From: an uncultured Actinomycetes bacterium
GTDB lineage: Bacteria > Actinomycetota > Acidimicrobiia > Spongiisociales > DATADW01
Reading direction: 5' to 3'
DNA length: 64,000 nucleotides
Assembly: GCA_963824995.1 (NCBI GenBank)
Contig: CAWGRK010000006.1
Span: 1 to 64,000 of the forward strand
Under the pieces are notes generated by a model. It saw only the letters and a list, made by a program, of their open reading frames with translations. It had not been told where the DNA came from and ran no database searches. Made by a program: the position numbers and the translations under genes. Numbering within the stretch: the first letter of the stretch is position 1; every line of letters starts with the position of its first letter. Below, one piece after another: positions 22,604-32,022 of the stretch.

Positions 22604-24552
22604 GGCTGCGACTCACGATCAGCGTCCTGCTGCTGGGAGTCTTCGGGGCGTTGGCCGCACCGGCCCTCGCCGCCGAGGACGGTTTCCAGATCGAGCAGGT
22701 CGATACCAGCAATCATCCCCAGGTCACCTTGACCGCGGTGGTGGCCGGAGACGAGGGCGCCTCTCTCCAGGCGGAGGACGTGCAGCTCACGGAAGATGGC
22801 CGGGAGATCCCGGTGACGCTGCGGCGTCTGCCCACCGAGGACCTGGAACTGGTCCTGGTCATGGACACCTCGGGGAGCATGGACGGGGCCCCGATGGCCG
22901 CGGCCAAGCAGGCGGCGGTGTCGTTCCTCGAGCGCCTGCCCGAAGACGTCGATGTGTCGGTGCTCGGGTTCGGCAGCGAACCGGTCCTCGCGGCCGGCTT
23001 CTCCGCCGATCGCACCGAGGCGGTCAGCGCAGTCTCCACATTGGAGGCAAACGGCGAGACCGCCCTCTACGACGCGCTCGTGGCCGGCTCGGAGCTGTTC
23101 TCCGAAGGGAATGAGACGCGGCGGGCGCTGATCCTGCTCTCCGATGGCGGCGACACGGTGAGCAGCGCCAGCTTCGATGATGCCGCCACCGCCCTGCAGG
23201 GAGCCGGGCTGGACTTCTACGCGGTGGCGTTGGAGGGCTCGGAATTCGACATCACACCATTGAACGGCTTGACGGACATCACCGAGGGGCAGATGGCCGC
23301 CGCTGAAGATCCCGAGGCTCTGGCCGGGATCTACGAATCGCTGGCATCACAGCTCATCAACCGCTACCGGGTGAGCTACCGCTCGCAGGCACACGGCCCG
23401 ACCACGATCAATCTGAGCTTCGCCTCAGGGAACGAAACCTTGCAGGCAAGCCGCACGGTGAAGATGCCCGTCGGCACCGGCGCCCCCGACGACTGCGCCG
23501 CAGGCGACCACGCCTCCGACCACGCCGTCCGGTCCAACACGGTGCCGGCAACCACGGTGCCCGAGTTGCGGCCCGGGTCGGCGCTCACGCCGGCGCCATT
23601 GGCCCAGTCGAGCGCCCTGTTCGTGGGCTTGGGGCTGTTCTTCGTCGCCCTGCTGGTGGGCGGGCTCGCCCTGTTCGCGCCTCGCTCGCGCCGGGTGAAT
23701 CTGATCGCCCGCTTTGGCCGCCGCGGCGGCGCCGAGGCGAAGACGACCCTTTCTCGCTTGTCGAGCCGGGCCAGCTTCGCCGTCGAGGGCGCCCTCGACC
23801 GCAGGGGCAAGCGCAGCTCGCTGGCGCTCGCCCTGGAGAAGGCGGGCATCGTGCTCCGCCCCGGCGAGTTCGGTCTGCTGGTGCTGTGCGGGTCACTGAT
23901 CGCCTTCGCCCTGGGCCTGCTGCTGGCCAACCTCTTGGTTGGCATCGTCCTGGCGGTGTTGATCCCGGTGGCGGCCCGCTTCCTGGTCTCGCATCGAGCG
24001 AGTCGCCGGCAGACAGCCTTCGCCGACCAGCTCAACGACACGCTGCTGCTGTTGGCAGGGACGCTGCGAGCCGGGTACGGCTTCATGCAGGCCGCCGACA
24101 CCGTGGCCCGCGAGGCGGAGGCGCCCACCTCCGACGAGTTCCGCCGTCTCGTCCTCGAGACCCGACTCGGCCGGCCGGTCGAGGAGGCACTTGACTGCCA
24201 TGCACGAGCGGGTCGGCTCGGTGGACTTCGGGTGGGTGGTGCAGGCCATCGAGATCAACCTGGAGAGCGGGGGCAACCTGGCCGAGGTGCTCGAGACCAT
24301 TGCCGGGACCATCAGGGAGCGGGGCCAGCTGCGTCGCCAGGTCCAGGCGCTCAGCGCCGAGGGCCGCATGTCGGGCTGGATCCTGATCGCTCTTCCGTTC
24401 GGGCTGGCTGGCGTGATGTCCGTCACCAACCCGGACGTACATCTCCGAGCTGTACACCACCATGCCCGGGCGGAGTCATGCTCGGGGCGGCGGTGGTGAT
24501 GATGACCGTCGGCGCCATCTGGATGCGCAAAATCGTCAAGATCAAGTTCTAA
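22600..24552 (+). CDS. tadB: TadB inner-membrane platform protein fused to a signal peptide and vWA domain (frameshifts)
   Basis: Signal peptide ..[63 protein letters not shown]. Confidence 0.85.
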   Translation: MRLRLTISVLLLGVFGALAAPALAAEDGFQIEQVDTSNHPQVTLTAVVAGDEGASLQAEDVQLTEDGREIPVTLRRLPTEDLELVLVMDTSGSMDGAPMAAAKQAAVSFLERLPEDVDVSVLGFGSEPVLAAGFSADRTEAVSAVSTLEANGETALYDALVAGSELFSEGNETRRALILLSDGGDTVSSASFDDAATALQGAGLDFYAVALEGSEFDITPLNGLTDITEGQMAAAEDPEALAGIYESLASQLINRYRVSYRSQAHGPTTINLSFASGNETLQASRTVKMPVGTGAPDDCAAGDHASDHAVRSNTVPATTVPELRPGSALTPAPLAQSSALFVGLGLFFVALLVGGLALFAPRSRRVNLIARFGRRGGAEAKTTLSRLSSRASFAVEGALDRRGKRSSLALALEKAGIVLRPGEFGLLVLCGSLIAFALGLLLANLLVGIVLAVLIPVAARFLVSHRASRRQTAFADQLNDTLLLLAGTLRAGYGFMQAADTVAREAEAPTSDEFRRLVLETRLGRPVEEALDCHARAGRLGGLRVGGAGHRDQPGERGQPGRGARDHCRDHQGAGPAASPGPGAQRRGPHVGLDPDRSSVRAGWRDVRHQPGRTSPSCTPPCPGGVMLGAAVVMMTVGAIWMRKIVKIKF

Positions 24553-24563
24553 AGGAAGGTCTG

Positions 24564-25493
24564 ATGTCTCTCAATTTCCCGGTTCCGGTGCTGTTTGCCG
24601 CCGGCATGGTTGGGCTCTCGCTCATGCTCCTGTGGTGGGCGGTGGCCGGACGCCGCAAGGCTTCCGTCGCCGCCTCCGACAACTTGCGTCGCGGCGGGGG
24701 CACCGACCTCCACCAACTGGTGCTGAGCCGTCCCGCCGGGGACCGTGCCGTCAAGCCGCTGGTGGCCGCTCTGGCCCGCAAGGCGGTGCGTCTCACCCCG
24801 GTCGGGTGGATGCGCAGCCTGGAGCGGCGGGTCGTCCTGGCCGGTGAGCCGGCGCGGTGGCCCATGCAGCGGGTGCTGGCAGCCAAGTTCGTGCTCGGGG
24901 CGGCAGGACTCGCCGCTGGGTTCTTCTACTTCTCCAGCCACCGCTCCCTGGTTGGGCTCCTGATCGGGATCGGCGTGACCGCCCTCGGGTTCTTCGTCCC
25001 CGACCTGCTCCTCTACAACCAGGCGCAGAAGCGCCAGATGGCGATTCAGGACGAACTGGCCGACACCATCGACCAGATCACGGTGAGCGTCGAGGCGGGT
25101 CTCGGGTTCGAGGCGGCGCTGTCCCGTGCCGCCAAGACCGGGACCGGCCCACTGGCCGAGGAGCTGACCCGGACGCTGCAGGAGATGCAGGTCGGGGTGC
25201 CCCGTGATCAGGCGCTGCGCAACCTGGTGGAGCGCACCAACGTGGCCGACCTGCGCCACTTCGTCTTCGCCCTGCTCCAGGCGCAGAAGCACGGTGTCTC
25301 GGTGAGCCAGGTGTTGCGGGTGCAGACCGCGGAGCTCCGCGTGAAGCGGCGTCAGCGCGCCGAGGAGAAGGCGATGAAGATCCCGGTGAAGATCATCTTC
25401 CCGCTGGTGACCTGCATCTTCCCGGTCATCTTCATCGTCCTGATTGGCCCGGCGGGCATCCAGATCATGCGCAACTTTGGTGGGGTGCTCTGA
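24564..25493 (+). CDS. tadC: TadC platform protein (T2SSF domain)
   Basis: AAGGAAGG SD; SVEAGLGFEAAL, RRQRAEEKAMKIPVKIIFPLV. Confidence 0.9.
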   Translation: MSLNFPVPVLFAAGMVGLSLMLLWWAVAGRRKASVAASDNLRRGGGTDLHQLVLSRPAGDRAVKPLVAALARKAVRLTPVGWMRSLERRVVLAGEPARWPMQRVLAAKFVLGAAGLAAGFFYFSSHRSLVGLLIGIGVTALGFFVPDLLLYNQAQKRQMAIQDELADTIDQITVSVEAGLGFEAALSRAAKTGTGPLAEELTRTLQEMQVGVPRDQALRNLVERTNVADLRHFVFALLQAQKHGVSVSQVLRVQTAELRVKRRQRAEEKAMKIPVKIIFPLVTCIFPVIFIVLIGPAGIQIMRNFGGVL

Positions 25494-25495
25494 AC

Positions 25496-26519
25496 ATGAC
25501 CACGCACACCACCACGCTCGACCTTCCGCTCAACGACAACGCGAGCGTCCCCAAGAACCTCGTCTCGCTGCTCGACGATCTCGACAGCGACCGGCGCCTG
25601 GGGACCGCCGAGCGGCCCCGGTTCGCCACCGGGTTTGATCCGCTGGACACAGTCCTCGACGGCGGGCTCCGGCGAGGCGATCTCACCCTGATCGGCGGAT
25701 TGCCCGGGGTCGGCAAGACGATCACCGCGCTGCAGTGGGCCCGATCGTTCGCCCTCGCACGGCCATCCGGTGGTCTACGCCTGTTACGAGCACGAGGAGC
25801 GCGAGTTGCTGGGCAGGCTGCTGGCGCTCGAGATCGCCGAAGTGGGCGGAGACGAAGATGCCAGGTTCAAGTTCCGCCGGGTACTTCGCGAGGTCTTGGC
25901 GGGGCGCGCCTGGCTCGAGCAGGAAGTGATGTACGAGCCGCGGCTTCGCCCCGCATACGAGCGCCTCAGCTCGTATGCCAACCGACTCTGGGTCATCAAG
26001 GCCTCCGGGACCAGCACCGACGTCTCCGAACTGGCTCGTCACGTCGAGGAGTCGGGGGACGGAGCTCAGGTGCTCGTGGTCGACTACCTGCAGAAGGTGG
26101 CGACGCCCGAGCTTGCCAACGGTGGGGACCGGGTGACCCGGGTGGCCGAGGGGCTGAAGGAGCTTGCTCTTCACGGTGACATCGCAGTGCTGGCCATCGC
26201 CGCCGCCGACCGTGAGGGCCTCGGCTCTCCCCGGTTGCGGCTGCAACACCTGCGCGGATCAACCGCCTTGGCCTACGAAGCCGACCTGGCGATCCTGCTC
26301 AACGACAAGCACCGCATCGTCTCCAAGATGCACCTGACTTTCGACCCGGTGCGGGGAGAGGACTTCCACAACACGGTTGTCTTCTCGCTGGAGAAGTACC
26401 GGGCCGGGCAAGCCGGCTTAGACCTCGAGTTCCGTAAGGAATTCGCCTCCTACCGCTTCAATCCGGCGGGCGGCCACGTCTTCGACCGACTGATCGACGG
26501 ACGGCTCGACCCCGACTGA
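25496..26519 (+). CDS. Stand-alone DnaB-like (SF4/RecA-fold) helicase C-terminal ATPase domain (frameshift ~25760)
   Basis: TGFDPLD..LDGGLRRGDLTLIGGLPGVGKT (Walker A), YACYE, VLVVDYLQ (Walker B), LRGSTALAYEADLAILL, EKYRAG. No DnaB N-terminal domain; starts 2 bp after tadC. Confidence 0.8.
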
Positions 26520-26629
26520 CGACGCATCCGCCTCTTCTCTCCCCCGGGGGAGTACCGTCGGGGGAGGGGGCTGGCTCACCCGAGGTGCGCATGGCGGTCG
26601 AACCTCTGGGATCCCGGGATAGGGTGTAC

Positions 26630-26815
26630 CTAAGAGAAGTTCTCCCGCGAGAACCCTGACGGCTTGGTTGCCTCGCCTGAACGTGCTCTCTGCTTGTTGA
26701 CGGGCCGTGCCGCGATCTCTACGGGCTTGTCCGTCCAGTCCCGACGCTCAAGCAGATCCTGCTTGACGAATCGGTACTGGGGTCCTCGACTTGGGGTCCA
26801 TCCGCGCTGTGGCAC
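26630..26815 (-). CDS. Small conserved actinobacterial-type protein (EIAARxVNKxRARSGE motif), short or diverged copy
   Basis: GAGGAG SD before GTG; MPQRGW...QY..VK..L...EIAARPVNKQRARSGEA. Confidence 0.55.
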   Translation of the reverse strand: MPQRGWTPSRGPQYRFVKQDLLERRDWTDKPVEIAARPVNKQRARSGEATKPSGFSRENFS

Positions 26816-26912
26816 GAGTACTCCTCTCGGTGCCTGGATTCCCTACCCGCCTCCGATCACCGGCAAACCGCAAGTCGTTTCCTCGACCGACTCGCCGGGT
26901 ATTGCCACCGGC

Positions 26913-27848
26913 ATGGCTTCACACACTGTGTCCGTCCTCGCCCCGATGCTGACCCTCACCGTGACGATCGAGGTAGGCGGGTCGGACGATGGGGACGAGA
27001 TACACATCCACGCCGGTGGGCAGGGTGTCTGGGTGGCGAGGATGCTGCGCGAGCTCGGTGAGAGTCCCATCATCTGCGGCCCCGTCGGGGGCGAAGTCGG
27101 GCGCGTCATCCACGGTTTGATCCACGAGTGGGAAATCGACTTCAGCACGGTCGAGACCCACGGCAGCTCACCCGCCACCGTCCAGGACCGCCGGTCCGGG
27201 GAGAGGGAACTGATAGCCGACGGACCGCCGCTGACGCTGGAGCGCCACGAGTTGGATGACCTGTACGGGAAGTTCCTCGACTTGGCGCTCGGCTCCAAGG
27301 TGTCGGTGATCACTGGGCAGCTGGGTGAGGTCATCCCGGCCGATACCTACCGCAGACTCGGGCACGACCTCGCCGCCGCCGGGGTGACGGTCGTGGCCGA
27401 TATGCACGGCCCCGATCTGTCCGCTTTCCTCGAGGGCGGGCCGATCCACATTCTCAAGGTGAGCGACGAGAACCTGGTCGAGGACGGACTTCTCGAGGAT
27501 GATGACGAGGAATCCGCTCGCTCGGCAATGGATCGCCTGGTCGAACAAGGGGCAGAGGGTCTGGTGCTATCCAGGGCGGATCGTCCGGCTCTCGCCATGC
27601 TGGAGGGGAGTGTCTACCGGGCGGAGACACCTGATCTCGAGCCTGCCGACACCAGAGGGGCGGGGGACTCGATGACGGCGGGCCTGGCCGCTGGGTTGAG
27701 CCGCGGCTTGGATGCTGTGGAGATCCTCAAGCTGGGATGCGCCGCTGGAGCAGCCAATGTCACCCGGCACGGACTTGGAAGCGCCTCCGAAGACCTCATC
27801 GAGACTTTGGTGGAACGCGTTGAGATAGAGACCGTATCGGAGGCATGA
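26913..27848 (+). CDS. PfkB family carbohydrate kinase (1-phosphofructokinase-like)
   Basis: HAGGQGVWVAR, ILKVSDE, DTRGAGDSMTAG. Confidence 0.88.
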   Translation: MASHTVSVLAPMLTLTVTIEVGGSDDGDEIHIHAGGQGVWVARMLRELGESPIICGPVGGEVGRVIHGLIHEWEIDFSTVETHGSSPATVQDRRSGERELIADGPPLTLERHELDDLYGKFLDLALGSKVSVITGQLGEVIPADTYRRLGHDLAAAGVTVVADMHGPDLSAFLEGGPIHILKVSDENLVEDGLLEDDDEESARSAMDRLVEQGAEGLVLSRADRPALAMLEGSVYRAETPDLEPADTRGAGDSMTAGLAAGLSRGLDAVEILKLGCAAGAANVTRHGLGSASEDLIETLVERVEIETVSEA

Positions 27849-27851
27849 GCG

Positions 27852-28613
27852 ATGGCCGGTTCGACACGGATAGTCATGACAAACGACGACGGGATCGAGT
27901 CACCCGGGCTGCTCCTCCTCGCCAAGGAGCTAGCCGCCGAGTTCGAGGTCGTGGTGGCCGCACCAGCCACCAACATGTCGGGGGCCGGCACCGGAATCGG
28001 TCGTTTCGACCCGCAGACCGGCGTCGAGTTGAGCACCAAGGATATGGACGGGTTCGTCGCCCACACCATCTCCGGCCCACCCGGGCTTGCGGTGATGGCC
28101 GCAGCGCTCGGTGCCTTTGGCCGGCCACCCGATCTCGTGGTTTCGGGGATCAACGCCGGGATCAATACCGGTCACTCCGTGATCCACTCGGGGACGGTCG
28201 GCGCCGCGCTCACCGCACGCACGTTCGGCGGTAGGGGAATAGCCCTTTCGCTCGCCCCCTCGGACCCGTGGCAATGGGAAACGGCGGTGACGATCGGCGC
28301 GTCGGCGGTTCGTTGGATGGCCGCCAACGCCGGCTCACCGCATGTACTCAATGTCAACATCCCAGCCGTGCCCATCGACCAGGTCGCAGGGACCAGGTGG
28401 GCCGAGTTGGACGAGTTCGGTTACTTCCAGGTTGCCACGACCGACGTGACGGATCAGCGGTTGCAATTCGCCATAAGGACCGAAACTGCAGGCGCCGACC
28501 CGGCCAGCGACACCGCGCTCTGTGCCGACAACTACGTCACGGTGACCCCGTTGTCGAGCATCGAGCCGGCGCCGTTTCCCGAAGTCGAGGCGAGCGCCAT
28601 CTGGAGCAGGTGA
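27852..28613 (+). CDS. surE: 5'/3'-nucleotidase SurE
   Basis: MTNDDGIESPG, VAAP..NMSG, PDLVVSGINAG.N, HSGTVGAA, LNVNIP, VTVTPL. Confidence 0.92.
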   Translation: MAGSTRIVMTNDDGIESPGLLLLAKELAAEFEVVVAAPATNMSGAGTGIGRFDPQTGVELSTKDMDGFVAHTISGPPGLAVMAAALGAFGRPPDLVVSGINAGINTGHSVIHSGTVGAALTARTFGGRGIALSLAPSDPWQWETAVTIGASAVRWMAANAGSPHVLNVNIPAVPIDQVAGTRWAELDEFGYFQVATTDVTDQRLQFAIRTETAGADPASDTALCADNYVTVTPLSSIEPAPFPEVEASAIWSR

Positions 28614-28843
28614 GTCCCAGCCGGTCGGGTCTCGACGTCAGTCCCGGGCGATCGCAGAGTCGAGTCCCTGATGTCGAGTTCGATGTGCCCCTTGAATTCT
28701 TTGGCCAAGCAGCCTCCGTTGTGAACGGAGGTCGAACCAAGCGAGGGAGTGAAGATGGTCAACTTCCTACCGGCGAGGGAGGGGTGGGAGGGTGACGCGC
28801 GCCGCTCGCCTCCATCACCCCATCCGCTCGCGGCGCTCGGAAT

Positions 28844-29191
28844 TCAGGACCTGGCTAGCTCACCTCGCACTTTGTTGATCGTGTCCTCGTCGAGGTCGCT
28901 CATGTCGTGGTGCTCTGCGGCGTGGGTACTGACACCGGCGAGCACTTCTTCCTCGGTGTCGCCGACCACCTCGGAGGTGCAGTCCCAGTAGAGCGAGCAG
29001 GTCCACTTGATCTCTGTGGCGGCGGGTGTGATCTCGCCACGGATCTGCTCGACGACGGCCTCGTCGAGCTCGTCCATGTCGTGATGCTCGGCGGCGTGGG
29101 TGGCCGCTCCCTTGATCACTTCCTCCTCGGTCTCGCCGACCACCTTGGAAGTGCAGTTCCAGTAGAGCGAGCACGTCCATTCGACCGCCAT
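28844..29191 (-). CDS. Tandem two-domain DUF1059-like small metal-binding protein
   Basis: GGAGG SD; two near-identical units WTCSLYWxCT...GxTEEEV...THAAEHHDM. Confidence 0.8.
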   Translation of the reverse strand: MAVEWTCSLYWNCTSKVVGETEEEVIKGAATHAAEHHDMDELDEAVVEQIRGEITPAATEIKWTCSLYWDCTSEVVGDTEEEVLAGVSTHAAEHHDMSDLDEDTINKVRGELARS

Positions 29192-29292
29192 CGAACCTCC
29201 TCCGGGGCTGAGGCACCATATCAAAGGGGTGCCGGCTCCGCCGTGATACGACTCGAGAGGGACCGTGATTCCGGTTGCCATACTTCCATCAC

Positions 29293-31965
29293 ATGACGGC
29301 TCCCGACCCAGCGCTGCCCACCGGGACGGTCACGTTCGTCTTCACCGACATCGAGGGCTCGACCCGGCTTCTCCAGGACCTTGGTGCCGGCTACCGGGCG
29401 GTCCAAGCCGCACACGACGACATCATGCGGGCAGCCATCACCGGGGAATCAGGAACGGTGGTCCGCACCGAGGGCGACTCGTTCTTTGCCGTGTTCCCCA
29501 CACCGGCGCAGGCGGTACGCGCCATGGTTGCCGCCCAGCGGGCGCTCCACTCCCACTCTTGGCCCGAGGGGGTCGAACTACGGGTGAGGATGGGGATCCA
29601 CACCGGTGAGGGGACGCTCGGTGGCGACGACTACCTCGGGCTCGATGTGAACCGCGCCGCCCGGATAGGCGCCGCAGGGCACGGCGGCCAGCTTCTCCTC
29701 TCCGGCCCGGCGACCGCTCTCACCGAGCACTCACTTCCCGAGGGAGTGGAGTTGCGCGACATGGGAGCACATCGGCTCAAAGACCTTGCCCATCCCGAGC
29801 GGATCTACCAGGTGGTGGTCGCCGGGCTGCCAAGCGAGTTTCCGGCGCTGCGCTCGATGGACGCCCGTCCCAACAACCTCCCGCTCCAGCTCACCAGCAT
29901 GGTGGGGCGGATCGACGAGATCGGCGCGACGATCGACATGCTCGAGCGACATCGTCTGGTGACCCTCACCGGACCGGGCGGGACCGGCAAGACCAGGCTG
30001 GCGGTCGAGGTCGCCGGGAGACTGCTCCACCGGTTCGACGACGGGGTCTACATGGTCGAGCTCGCCGCCGTATCCGACCCGGCGCAGGTGACGTCGGCCA
30101 TCGCCCAGACGTTGGGGATTCATGAGGGCCCGGGACGTTCCATCACCGACGTCCTGACCGATTGGCTCGCCGACAGGCAGGTATTGCTCGTGCTCGACAA
30201 CTTCGAGCAACTGGTTGCAGCTGGACCCCTTGTTGAGCGGCTTCTCGGCTCTGTGCCAGGGGTCAGGCTTCTCGTGACGAGCCGTACGCCCCTCCGGCTA
30301 TATGGCGAGCACGAATTTCCCGTCCCACCCCTTCGGCTGGCAGATCCAGATGACGTCCGCGAGACAATCTTGCGGTCGGACGCGGCGACTTTGTTCGTCG
30401 AGCGCGCCCAAGCCATCAAACCGGCGCTCGACCTCAGCGACGACACCGTGGTCGCCATCGCCCGACTCTGCGCCCGGCTCGACGGCCTGCCACTCGCCAT
30501 CGAGCTGGCGGCGAGGCGGGTGAACATCCTCTCCCCGCGCGCCATCCTCACTCGGCTCTCCACCGGACTGGAAACGCTGGCGGCTTCGTCGACCAATCTG
30601 CCGGCGCGGCAACGGACGCTGCGCGCCACGATCCAGTGGAGTTACGACCTTCTGGGTGAGCAGGAAAGGGTGCTGTTTCGGAGGCTGGCCGTCTTCTCAG
30701 ATGGAGCCGATCTCGACGCGATCGAGGCGGTGGTGGGTTCGGCTGGAGAGTTCGATGTCATGGACGCGCTAGAGAAGCTGGTGGACAGCAGCCTCGTGAG
30801 GACTGCCGATTCGGAGGGAGGTGAGCCCAGGTTCGTGATGCTGCAGACGGTCCACGAGTTCGCCTCCGAGCTGCTCGGTGCGGGTCCCGATGCGGACATG
30901 ACCCGGCGCCGTCATGCCGATCGCTACCTAAATCTGGCCATCGAGGGGGAACATCACCTCACCGGCCGGGATCAAGCCGAATGGCTGAGGCGGTTCGAGA
31001 TCGAGCAGGGCAACCTCGAGACCGCGCTGCGCTGGACACTCGAGACGGGAGAAATAGAGCGCGGGATGGAGGCTGCCTCGGCGATGTGGCGCTACTACCA
31101 GCAACGTGGGCGCCTCGCCGTGGGGAGATTCTGGGTGGAGCGACTCCTTGGCGCCCCCGGCGCCGACCCCAGTCGGGCTCGGGCGGCCGCCCATCTTGCG
31201 GCAGGGAGCCTGGCCTTCTGGCAAGCGGACTACAACACGACCGCTGATCATTACCAGCGGGCTCTCGCCATGTTTGAAGAATTGGGAGACAAGCAAGGTA
31301 TCGCCGAGGCGACCTACGACCTCGCCTTCGTGCCGGTGATGACGTCAGACGAGTCCTTCGACCGCGGATTTGCCGGCCGGCCCGCCCACCTCATCGCGAT
31401 GGGCCGGCTCGAAGAGGCTCTACGCCGCTTCGAGGAACTGGGTGACCTTGGAGGAGTGGCCAAGACGAAAGGAAACATGGCTCTCTTCCTCGGCGGCTCC
31501 GGCGAGTTGGAACAGGCTTTCCCCTTGCTCGAAGAAGCAATGGCGGCTTACCGGGAGTTGGGCGACATGTTCCATCTCGCCGATGCCTTGATGGCCTTGG
31601 GCGAGGGCTATTTCATCAAGGGACAACACGCCGCAGCTCGCCAGGCTGTCGTCGAGGCCATCGGGCTCTTCGCCGATGCCGACAACACGGCCGGTATCGG
31701 CTTGGGGCTGGAGTCGCTGTCCTTCATCGAGGCGGGTGAGGGCCGGCACGATCGTGCGCTCCGGTTGTTGGCGAAGGCAGAGGAGGTCCGGGCGGGAAAG
31801 GAAGGGGATGCCAAGTACCCGATACCGGCTTCCATCTTCTATCCGGACATCGACGTGCTCAGCGACGGTCGGGCCGCAATCGGGGACGAGGCCGCAGAAC
31901 GGGAACTGGCCAAGGGTCGCTCGATGAGCCTGGCCGAGGCCATCGCCTACGCCATGGAGGATTGA
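29293..31965 (+). CDS. Class III nucleotide cyclase + STAND (AP/NB-ARC-like) ATPase + TPR
   Basis: FTDIEGST, RTEGDSF, VRMGIHTG, DYLGLDVNRAAR; GPGGTGKT, LLVLDNFE, LDGLPLAIELAA, WSYDLL; helical TPR-like C-terminus. Confidence 0.92.
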   Translation: MTAPDPALPTGTVTFVFTDIEGSTRLLQDLGAGYRAVQAAHDDIMRAAITGESGTVVRTEGDSFFAVFPTPAQAVRAMVAAQRALHSHSWPEGVELRVRMGIHTGEGTLGGDDYLGLDVNRAARIGAAGHGGQLLLSGPATALTEHSLPEGVELRDMGAHRLKDLAHPERIYQVVVAGLPSEFPALRSMDARPNNLPLQLTSMVGRIDEIGATIDMLERHRLVTLTGPGGTGKTRLAVEVAGRLLHRFDDGVYMVELAAVSDPAQVTSAIAQTLGIHEGPGRSITDVLTDWLADRQVLLVLDNFEQLVAAGPLVERLLGSVPGVRLLVTSRTPLRLYGEHEFPVPPLRLADPDDVRETILRSDAATLFVERAQAIKPALDLSDDTVVAIARLCARLDGLPLAIELAARRVNILSPRAILTRLSTGLETLAASSTNLPARQRTLRATIQWSYDLLGEQERVLFRRLAVFSDGADLDAIEAVVGSAGEFDVMDALEKLVDSSLVRTADSEGGEPRFVMLQTVHEFASELLGAGPDADMTRRRHADRYLNLAIEGEHHLTGRDQAEWLRRFEIEQGNLETALRWTLETGEIERGMEAASAMWRYYQQRGRLAVGRFWVERLLGAPGADPSRARAAAHLAAGSLAFWQADYNTTADHYQRALAMFEELGDKQGIAEATYDLAFVPVMTSDESFDRGFAGRPAHLIAMGRLEEALRRFEELGDLGGVAKTKGNMALFLGGSGELEQAFPLLEEAMAAYRELGDMFHLADALMALGEGYFIKGQHAAARQAVVEAIGLFADADNTAGIGLGLESLSFIEAGEGRHDRALRLLAKAEEVRAGKEGDAKYPIPASIFYPDIDVLSDGRAAIGDEAAERELAKGRSMSLAEAIAYAMED

Positions 31966-32022
31966 ATCCAAGTCCGAGCGAGCCGTTTTGCTGGGGCGCT
32001 GGGGGTTCGTCCCGGCGAAGAG

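Noticed and set aside
16680..25760. Programmed ribosomal frameshifting or phase variation in the tad locus
   Set aside because: Breaks are numerous, lack consistent slippery motifs and also occur in unrelated genes such as tldD and the nitrilase; sequencing error is more parsimonious.
25496..26519. Replicative dnaB
   Set aside because: Too short, lacks the N-terminal primase-binding domain, and sits in a pilus operon.
28614..28843. Hairpins and a short minus-strand ORF between surE and the DUF1059-like gene
   Set aside because: Consistent with ordinary terminator-like structure between convergent genes; no evidence for an ncRNA or real CDS.
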